NCBI GenBank assembly: GCA_963836755.1
Contig: CAWIKF010000002.1
Coordinates: 64,001 to 128,000, forward strand
DNA from: an uncultured Verrucomicrobiae bacterium
GTDB taxonomy: Bacteria > Verrucomicrobiota > Verrucomicrobiia > Chthoniobacterales > Chthoniobacteraceae
Reading direction: 5' to 3'
DNA length: 64,000 nucleotides
Of this stretch, positions 56,987 through 64,000 are shown in pieces; the first letter of the stretch is position 1, and the number at the start of each line of letters is the position of its first letter. The position numbers were made by a program, and so were the translations under genes. Under the pieces are notes generated by a model that had not been told where the DNA came from, made no database searches, and worked only from the letters and a program-made list of their open reading frames with translations.

Positions 56987-57508
56987 ATGAAAAAGTTCTC
57001 GCAAACCCTGATCAATACAGCCTTCGCCGTCACTTTGAGTCTCGCGCTCAGCTCCTGCGCCGCATTTAAAAAGAAAGGCGCGAATGGCGGCTCCGGGGCC
57101 GACGGCGATTACGTCAACGGCACGCCGCTGCCTGACCGGCAGGAAGGCGTTTCCTTCATGAGCGACAATGTCGACAAGACAAAATTCAAGCCGGTTCATT
57201 TCGCCTTTGACAGCTTTTCGGTCGAACCGGATGACCAGAGCAAACTCGATGAAGTCGCGAACTTTCTTCAAAGCGGCTCAAGCACCGTCATCATCGCCGG
57301 CTTCACTGACGAGCGCGGCACGCCGGAATACAACCGCGGCCTCGGCGAGCGGCGCGCCGGTGCGGTGCGCGAGTATTTGATCCAGCACGGCGCGTCCGCG
57401 GACAAAGTCCAGACCGTCAGCTTCGGTGCGGAAATGCCGGCTGATTCCGGCTCGAACGAATCCGCTTGGGCGAAAAATCGCCGCGCGGAATTCGGCGTGG
57501 TGCGGTGA
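56987..57508 (+). CDS. pal: Peptidoglycan-associated lipoprotein
   Basis: Lipobox LSSC, HFAFDS, GFTDERGTPEYN..LGERRA, KNRRAEF. Confidence 0.93.
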   Translation: MKKFSQTLINTAFAVTLSLALSSCAAFKKKGANGGSGADGDYVNGTPLPDRQEGVSFMSDNVDKTKFKPVHFAFDSFSVEPDDQSKLDEVANFLQSGSSTVIIAGFTDERGTPEYNRGLGERRAGAVREYLIQHGASADKVQTVSFGAEMPADSGSNESAWAKNRRAEFGVVR

Positions 57509-57529
57509 CTTTATCGCACCAATGACGGC

Positions 57530-58738
57530 GTGAAAAAAGAGATCATCGTCGTCTCGCGCTCGTGCAACAAGAATTCCGGCAGCGAATCCGGGAAAGGCTA
57601 TCACTGGAGCGCTGCGCTGGCGCATTTTTACCGCGTCCACCTCGTGCATGGGAATGCCGAAGGATTTACAGCTCCCGATGGAATCGAGGAATCGTATGTC
57701 ACCCCGACGCGCGTCAATACATGGAAATTTCCCCGAGGTTATCTCCTTTACTCCCGATGGTGTGAGGAAGTGGTGGACCTTTGCCGCCGCCTCATTTCGC
57801 GGCATCAAATCGCCGGGCTCCATCATGCGACTTTAGGCAGCTTTCGCATTCTTCCGCGTTACGATTTGCTCGGTATCCCCTACAGCTTGGGGCCGCTGGG
57901 CGGGGGCGAGTGCCTTCCTCCCGAATTTCTTTTGTCTGCCGGCTTACCGCCGAAGCAGTTGGTCATGGAGACCCTTCGTCCATGGATCAACACGGCTTGT
58001 GTCTTGCGGCCGAAAATTCATGCCGTGCTTTCTCATTCCCGGCTGGCAATAGCGACGACGGAACAGTCTGCTGCAGTTCTGCGCAAAGGTGGCGCACGGA
58101 ATGTGACGGTGAAATTTCCTGATGTCGTTGAGACTTCGCCCGTAGAAGGCGATGTGATCGGCGGCCGGGGAAGACAGGCGGCCGACCTGAAAAAAATGTT
58201 CTGCTTGATCTGGTCAGGTCGCGGTCTTTGGTGGAAAGGCGGACAGCTTGCGATCGAATTTGCGCACCGGTTGCGCAAGCGAGGTATTGCAGTCCGGCTC
58301 GACATCTATTCGGAAGGTCCAGCGCTCCCCGTGCTCAAAAAAAAGGTGAACAGGTTGGGTTTGGAAGAGTGCGTCTTCTTCAGAGGATTGGTCTCACGCG
58401 CCGACCTTTTTGATGCCTACGCCCGCTCCCATCTTTACGTCTATCCCTCCATGCACGATTCCTCCAGCAGCGCGATTCCCGAAGCCTACAGTGCGGCTCT
58501 TCCATCCATGACCTTGGGAATCGGTGGCGTGAGCGTGGCTGCCACTCCCGCCGCTGGATTGAATGAAAAATTCGCGACGATCGAGCAATGGCTGGAGGCC
58601 GGCGTGGAGAAAGTCACCTCCTGGATTCAAAATCCAAAGGAATGGGTGGCGGCATGCGAGGCTGCGTTCGAGCGCTCCAGTTCCTTTAACTCATCGCATC
58701 TCCGCGAATTCGTTGGAAACCATCTTACTATCTACTAA
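57530..58738 (+). CDS. Glycosyltransferase family 4
   Basis: GSESGKGY, GPLGGGE, SGR...WKG, YPSMHDSS...EA; lower GC than flanking genes. Confidence 0.8.
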   Translation: MKKEIIVVSRSCNKNSGSESGKGYHWSAALAHFYRVHLVHGNAEGFTAPDGIEESYVTPTRVNTWKFPRGYLLYSRWCEEVVDLCRRLISRHQIAGLHHATLGSFRILPRYDLLGIPYSLGPLGGGECLPPEFLLSAGLPPKQLVMETLRPWINTACVLRPKIHAVLSHSRLAIATTEQSAAVLRKGGARNVTVKFPDVVETSPVEGDVIGGRGRQAADLKKMFCLIWSGRGLWWKGGQLAIEFAHRLRKRGIAVRLDIYSEGPALPVLKKKVNRLGLEECVFFRGLVSRADLFDAYARSHLYVYPSMHDSSSSAIPEAYSAALPSMTLGIGGVSVAATPAAGLNEKFATIEQWLEAGVEKVTSWIQNPKEWVAACEAAFERSSSFNSSHLREFVGNHLTIY

Positions 58739-58796
58739 ATGATGGTTCCCTCGTTTTGAAACTTTTCCACAATTCCCAGCTACATCATCGCCGCGA

Positions 58797-59918
58797 ATGC
58801 CCTGGCAGTTCGACTATCTGATTGTCGGTGCCGGGTTCGCCGGCTCCGTCTTGGCTGAGCGTCTGGCCTCTCAGCGCGGCCAAACTTCTCTCATCGTGGA
58901 AAAGCGCGCCCACATCGGCGGCAACGCGTATGACAAATACGACGATGCCGGCGTCCTCATTCATAACTACGGTCCGCATTATTTTCGCACCAACTCCGAG
59001 CGCATCGTCACCTACCTCAGCCAGTTCACAGAGTGGCATCCTATCGATTACAAAATCCTTTCGTGGTCCGATGGCCGCTATTGGCAATTCCCCATCAATC
59101 TCAACACCTTCGAGCAACTCATCGGCCATCCCTCCACATCCGAGGAAATGGAAGCGACGCTTGCGAAATGGCGCATCCCAATTGCCGAACCGAAAAACTC
59201 CGAGGAAGTCATCGTCTCGCAAGTTGGCCATGAGCTTTACGAGAAGTTTTTCAAAAACTACACGCGCAAGCAGTGGCAGCGCGATCCGAAAGACCTTGAT
59301 CCTAGCGTCTGCGGCCGCATTCCCATCCGCACCAACCGCGACGACCGCTACCTCTCGGACAAATTCCAGGCACTGCCAGCCGCCGGCTACACGCGCATGT
59401 TCGAGCGCATGCTCGCGCACCCGAAGATTCGCATTTTGCTCAAAACCGACTATCGGGAAGTTTTACCCCACGTAAAATTTCGGCACATGATTTACACCGG
59501 CCCGATTGACGAGTATTTCGACGGCTGCTTCGGCCCGCTTCCGTATCGTTCGCTTCGCTTCGAACCCGAAACGCTACAGCAGGAATACTTCCAGCCCGTC
59601 ATGCAGGTCAACTACCCGAACGATCACGACTTCACCCGCATCGTTGAAATCAAACACGCAACCGGCCAGAAAATTCCCGTCACCACCATTGTCCGCGAAT
59701 ATCCGCAGGATTACGGTCCGAGCCGAGAGCCCTACTATCCGATTCCAGCTCCAGACGCCAAAGCTCTTTACGATCAATACGCCGCCCGGGCCGCACTGGA
59801 AAAGAACGTCAGCTTTGTAGGCCGGCTCGCGACTTATCGCTATTACAACATGGACCAGATTGTAGGCATGGCCTTGGGAGAATTTGAGAAGCTCCGCGAT
59901 TTCGATGACTACAAGTAA
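58797..59918 (+). CDS. glf: UDP-galactopyranose mutase
   Basis: VGAGFAG, HIGGNAYD, YGPHYF, YT.KQW, EPYYP, GRLATYRYYNMDQ. Confidence 0.96.
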   Translation: MPWQFDYLIVGAGFAGSVLAERLASQRGQTSLIVEKRAHIGGNAYDKYDDAGVLIHNYGPHYFRTNSERIVTYLSQFTEWHPIDYKILSWSDGRYWQFPINLNTFEQLIGHPSTSEEMEATLAKWRIPIAEPKNSEEVIVSQVGHELYEKFFKNYTRKQWQRDPKDLDPSVCGRIPIRTNRDDRYLSDKFQALPAAGYTRMFERMLAHPKIRILLKTDYREVLPHVKFRHMIYTGPIDEYFDGCFGPLPYRSLRFEPETLQQEYFQPVMQVNYPNDHDFTRIVEIKHATGQKIPVTTIVREYPQDYGPSREPYYPIPAPDAKALYDQYAARAALEKNVSFVGRLATYRYYNMDQIVGMALGEFEKLRDFDDYK

Positions 59919-60110
59919 CCAATTAGACTCTTCGGATCACTGACTGGACTTCCCGCAACCGCTCGAATCGTCGATTGACAGCCACGGCAACTAAAAGTAT
60001 CCGCAAGCTGTGACCTTTCCCCCTGTGTTCGCAATACATGCATGTTTGAGACGGGTCGATTGGTCACCGCTAGGCCTTCAGAAAGCCATTTTTTAAACCC
60101 CGAACCGGCC

Positions 60111-60830
60111 ATGATGACGAATCCGGAACCTATGAATTCCCCGCCCTGTGTTTCTGTGGTGATGCCGCTTTATAACGAAGCCGCTACGATCGCGGAAGTG
60201 ATCGACGTGGTGCTGCGCCAGCCTTGCGTGGCAGAATTGATCGTGGTCGACGACTGCTCAAGCGATGGCTCTTGGGATGTCGTAACCAAGCTGGCCTCAA
60301 ATGATAGCCGCATCAAAACCTTTCGCCACGTTGTCAATCAGGGGAAAGGGGCCGCGCTTCGCACAGGATTCGCAAAGGCGAACGCGAAGATTATTCTCAT
60401 CCAGGATGCGGACCTCGAATATGACCCAGGCGAATATGAAACCTTGATTCATCCAATCCTCATCGATCGCGCCGATGTCGTTTTCGGATCACGTTTCTCC
60501 GGTGCGGGCGCCCACAGGGTTCTTTATTACTGGCATTCGGTCGGCAACCGAATCCTGACGACGCTCTCGAACATGGCGACCAACATCAACCTCTCGGACA
60601 TGGAGTCTTGCTATAAAGTATTTCGCCGTGAGGTGCTGGAAAAAATCTCCATCGAAGAAAGCCGGTTTGGCTTTGAACCAGAAATTACGGCGAAGGTCGC
60701 GCGACTTGGCGCGCGAATTTTTGAAGTGCCAGTTTCCTACTATGGACGCACTTATGAAGAAGGGAAAAAAATCAACTGGAAGGACGGCGTCAGCGCGCTC
60801 AGGTGTATTTGGAAATACAACTTCCGATGA
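60111..60830 (+). CDS. Glycosyltransferase family 2 (polyprenyl-phosphate sugar synthase/DPM-like)
   Basis: VVMPLYNE, VDDCSSDG, NQGKGAA, QDADLEYDP, GSRF, FGFEPE. Confidence 0.92.
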   Translation: MMTNPEPMNSPPCVSVVMPLYNEAATIAEVIDVVLRQPCVAELIVVDDCSSDGSWDVVTKLASNDSRIKTFRHVVNQGKGAALRTGFAKANAKIILIQDADLEYDPGEYETLIHPILIDRADVVFGSRFSGAGAHRVLYYWHSVGNRILTTLSNMATNINLSDMESCYKVFRREVLEKISIEESRFGFEPEITAKVARLGARIFEVPVSYYGRTYEEGKKINWKDGVSALRCIWKYNFR

Positions 60831-61546
60831 GCCTCCAAACTCCCAATGCAATGGCGAGCAATGGCGACTTCGAGTTTGCAGCCTTGCAGGAAGCGAAGAA
60901 CTACCGTGAAACTTTGATCCGGGAGTTTGCTCCATACCTTTGCGGCGATGTGATTGAAATTGGCGCTGGGATTGGTCAGATGACCGAGCTCCTTCTTCAA
61001 AATTCCGAGATCAAGCGTCTCATCGCAGTCGAGCCTGAAGCCGCCTTTGCACAGAAGCATCGTGCACAATTTCCAAGTCATGAGTTGATAGAAGGTGTCA
61101 TCGATCACGTTCCAGCGGGTTCCAAATGGGATGCCATCCTAAGCATCAATGTTCTCGAGCACATCGGTGAGGACGAGCGCGAGTTGGCTAAGTATGCAGA
61201 TTTGCTTCGCGAGCGCCGCGGCACTCTTTGCCTTTTTGTTCCGGCGCGACAGGAAATTTACTCCCCGATCGACAAAGACTTCGGCCACTTTCGTCGCTAC
61301 TCCCGGGCCGAACTTGCAGGCAAATTATCCCGTGCCGGTTTTGAAGTCTTGCGGCTGGACTACTTTAACTCCCTCGGCTACCTCGCATGGTGGCTCAATT
61401 TTCGCGTGCTGAAGAAGCGGTCTTTTGAAATCGAAAAAGTCCGCCTCTATGATAGGATGATTTTTCCGATGGTCCATTTCTTCGAGTCAAAAATATTCAG
61501 GCCTCTCATCGGCCAGAGTTTGCTTAGTGTAGTGCGTATCGCGTGA
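60827..61546 (+). CDS. Class I SAM-dependent methyltransferase
   Basis: IEIGAGIG, NVLEHI, GHFRRY; ATGA overlap with GT2. Confidence 0.88.
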   Translation: MSLQTPNAMASNGDFEFAALQEAKNYRETLIREFAPYLCGDVIEIGAGIGQMTELLLQNSEIKRLIAVEPEAAFAQKHRAQFPSHELIEGVIDHVPAGSKWDAILSINVLEHIGEDERELAKYADLLRERRGTLCLFVPARQEIYSPIDKDFGHFRRYSRAELAGKLSRAGFEVLRLDYFNSLGYLAWWLNFRVLKKRSFEIEKVRLYDRMIFPMVHFFESKIFRPLIGQSLLSVVRIA

Positions 61547-63459
61547 CGTGCGAAACTAAGTTGAAGGCCGGAGAGTCTCCAAGCTTGATAGCCGCGGAGC
61601 TATGGATTCTGCTCTCGGCTTTGTGCACCTTTTCCGGATGGGTCCTTTCGGTGCTCGGGCTCTTAAATGCCATCGGGTATGCTATAGCCTGCGCCGCTGG
61701 GGTCGTGCTTCTAGCTATCTGGTGGAGATATGGACGCCGCGAAGCTAGGACGTTTTGCTGGGACCGCCTTGCCAGGCACTGCTTGCATACTCGCCGGGTT
61801 TTGCCTCGGATTTTTGCTATTGCTGCATTGCTTGCATTCATAGGTGGTTTGCTCTACGCCCCGAATAACTACGACGCGCTCACTTATCGCTTCCCGCGGC
61901 TTCTCCATTGGCTTGCCGCCTCCCGCTGGCACTGGATCGACAGCCTAAATGACCGCATGAACTTCAGTGGGACCGGCGTTGAATGGATGATGGCACCAAT
62001 CTTCGTCGCAACGAAATCAGACCGGTTCTTCTTCCTGATCAACATCTGCTCCTATCTCCTCCTTCCGGGCCTTCTCTTTCAGTTCTTCAAGTCCGTGGGG
62101 ATTCAGCGACGCGTCGCGTGGCATTGGATGTGGCTCCTGCCAATGGGCTACTGCTTTGTTATGCAAGCCGGCAGCATCGGCAATGATCTTACTGCGGTTC
62201 CCTACTTTCTAGCCGCTGTCGTATTCACACGGCGAGCCGCGCTTACTGGTTCGATGAGAGACTTATCCGTAGGTCTTATCGCCGCCGCTCTTCTCAGCGG
62301 CGTCAAGCTATCGAATGCTCCCCTGATGCTCCCTTGTGCGGTCGCAGCGATACCAGCATTGCCTTTGATCAAAAAACATATCTTCGCAGCGTTGCTCGGT
62401 CTTATCGTGGCAGTCGCAGTTTCCTTCGTGCCTGTCGCCTGGCTGACCTATCGCAACTGCGGCGACTGGTCGGGCGATCCTACAAATTTTCATCAGGTGA
62501 AACTCGCCAGCCCGGTTTTCGGCTTTGCCGGCAATGCACTTCAACTCATTGAACAAAATGCTTCGCCGCCAATCGATCCTTTCACAACTCCGTGGAACAA
62601 ATTCATCACACGCGAGTTAAAGTCGGAGCCTGGGAGACTGCTCCTGAAACATTATCCGCGCCTTGACTTAAAATGGAGTGAGCTGGCGACTGAGGAAGCT
62701 GCGGGAGTAGGGCTCGGGCTGCTCTGCCTTTTCATGCTCAGCCTGGTTGTGTCACTAACTCATCCGCTCGGGCTATTGCAAAGACGCGACACTGGTTTCT
62801 GGGTCGTTGCGACCAGTCTTATGGCATTGGCCGTCTATATGGTCAAACTAGGCAGCGAGTCGGAGCCCAGGCTTGTCGCCACCTACTATCCCGCGCTGTT
62901 CGCTTTCGTCCTTCGAACTCCGGTTAATACCGCGCTAACGCGAAAATGCTGGTGGCGGTTCCTTGCTGTCCTGGCCGCAGCCAGTGCTTTGCCTGCGCTG
63001 ATCCTGGCTCCGTCGCGGCCGCTTTTCCCGGCAATGAACATCACGCAATGGCTCCACCGCCTTCATCCCGAGAATTCTGTCGTGCAACGCGCTGCGCAGG
63101 TTTACTCAACCTATGCGAACCGTAGCGATGGGCTTCAATCGCTCAGGAAATACATTCCTGATGATGTGAAAACCATCGCACTTGTTGCGACGGACGATCC
63201 GCAGATCGCGCTATGGCGACCGTTTGGACAACGGCAGGTTGTCGATTTAACCAACTGGAACGTTGATGACATCCTGCGGGTGAAAGGGGTGAAATACATC
63301 ATCGCCTCCGAGGATGAAGTTCGGGCAGAGTTTGGAGAGGATGCCGAGGGCTTCGCAAAAAGTTATGATCTTCGGGTTGTGGCGCATGAAGCGCTGACCC
63401 TTAAGATCGCCCGCGGCGCGCAGCAGTGGTATGTATTCAGGACCGAGTCCGGAGATTGA
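61543..63459 (+). CDS. Polytopic membrane protein, probable GT-C glycosyltransferase
   Basis: PNNYDALTYR loop, QAGSIGND, G.K; many TM helices and a periplasmic C-terminal domain. Confidence 0.65.
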   Translation: MTCETKLKAGESPSLIAAELWILLSALCTFSGWVLSVLGLLNAIGYAIACAAGVVLLAIWWRYGRREARTFCWDRLARHCLHTRRVLPRIFAIAALLAFIGGLLYAPNNYDALTYRFPRLLHWLAASRWHWIDSLNDRMNFSGTGVEWMMAPIFVATKSDRFFFLINICSYLLLPGLLFQFFKSVGIQRRVAWHWMWLLPMGYCFVMQAGSIGNDLTAVPYFLAAVVFTRRAALTGSMRDLSVGLIAAALLSGVKLSNAPLMLPCAVAAIPALPLIKKHIFAALLGLIVAVAVSFVPVAWLTYRNCGDWSGDPTNFHQVKLASPVFGFAGNALQLIEQNASPPIDPFTTPWNKFITRELKSEPGRLLLKHYPRLDLKWSELATEEAAGVGLGLLCLFMLSLVVSLTHPLGLLQRRDTGFWVVATSLMALAVYMVKLGSESEPRLVATYYPALFAFVLRTPVNTALTRKCWWRFLAVLAAASALPALILAPSRPLFPAMNITQWLHRLHPENSVVQRAAQVYSTYANRSDGLQSLRKYIPDDVKTIALVATDDPQIALWRPFGQRQVVDLTNWNVDDILRVKGVKYIIASEDEVRAEFGEDAEGFAKSYDLRVVAHEALTLKIARGAQQWYVFRTESGD

Positions 63460-63560
63460 ACGTTTCTGCGCTTGCGAAGTGCATCTAAACGCGAGGCCAT
63501 TGCCTCTTTGTTTCTACTTGTGGGCATTCGACGGAGCGTTATCTTTTCCCCTGTCTTTGC

Positions 63561-64000
63561 ATGAAACTCGAGCGCATCCCCGAACTTTTCGGCGTCACTC
63601 TCGTGATTATGGGCGCGCTGGTGTTCGCGCTGTGGGCGGGCAACAAGGCAGGAAGCGGACAGGCGCATCTCGTATTTCTCATCTTCGGCGCAATCTTCGT
63701 GACGTTTCTGCTCATCAAGCTGCGTTCGAGCGCGTGGATGCTGATTCTCATCTTCTGGCCGTTGACCGGCGAGCTCGCGGTGGTTCCAGGCCATCTTTCT
63801 TTACGAGACGCGTCGATCCTGACGGTCTTCGGTGCATTTCTCATTTTCAAGGCTTTCAAGATTATCCGCATCAAGGGGACCTATGGTTGGTTCGATTGCA
63901 TCCTCCTGATCAACCTCCTCTACATCTTGAGCGTTTACATTCGCAATCCTGTCGGCACTGAGTCGATCGGTGCGACCAAGGTGGGTGGCCGGCCTTACTT
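63561..64000 (+). CDS. Membrane protein, possible O-antigen ligase/polymerase family (runs off window)
   Basis: Open frame MKLERIPELFG...RNPVG...GGRPY read manually; multiple TM segments; glycan-locus context. Confidence 0.55.
   Translation, partial: MKLERIPELFGVTLVIMGALVFALWAGNKAGSGQAHLVFLIFGAIFVTFLLIKLRSSAWMLILIFWPLTGELAVVPGHLSLRDASILTVFGAFLIFKAFKIIRIKGTYGWFDCILLINLLYILSVYIRNPVGTESIGATKVGGRPY

Overview
GC-rich bacterial chromosome segment, most likely Verrucomicrobiota (Chthoniobacterales/Spartobacteria-like), judged from 16S signatures read by eye. Most of the window is housekeeping: treZ (partial), pyk, a sigma-70 factor, comM/yifB, rsmI, lptE, bamD, rlpA, a complete minus-strand rRNA operon (16S-tRNA-Ala-tRNA-Ile-23S-5S), emrAB-type efflux, leuC/leuD, larE, chdC/hemQ, dciA, folB, an ECF sigma/anti-sigma/HtrA-like operon, ligA, a kinase-MurQ fusion, scpA, yajC-secDF, rmlA, tol-pal and the start of a surface-glycan locus. 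One accessory island (about 25.6-31.4 kb) holds a decaying integron-cassette-like array (one near-complete attC plus three half-site remnants, no integrase in the window). The same island carries a C5 DNA methyltransferase/GIY-YIG nuclease pair, an 11 x 21-bp phased repeat, and a cytoplasmic protein with duplicated helical domains and an Fn3-like tail. Other notable signals: a 14 x 21-bp array whose units carry a co-varying dyad, an orphan structured RNA candidate between murQ and scpA, and an HtrA homologue lacking all three catalytic residues. Two single-base frameshifts (pepP-like gene, scpA) are probably assembly errors. All calls come from motif recognition by eye; no database search was run. 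RNA ends and some start codons are approximate.
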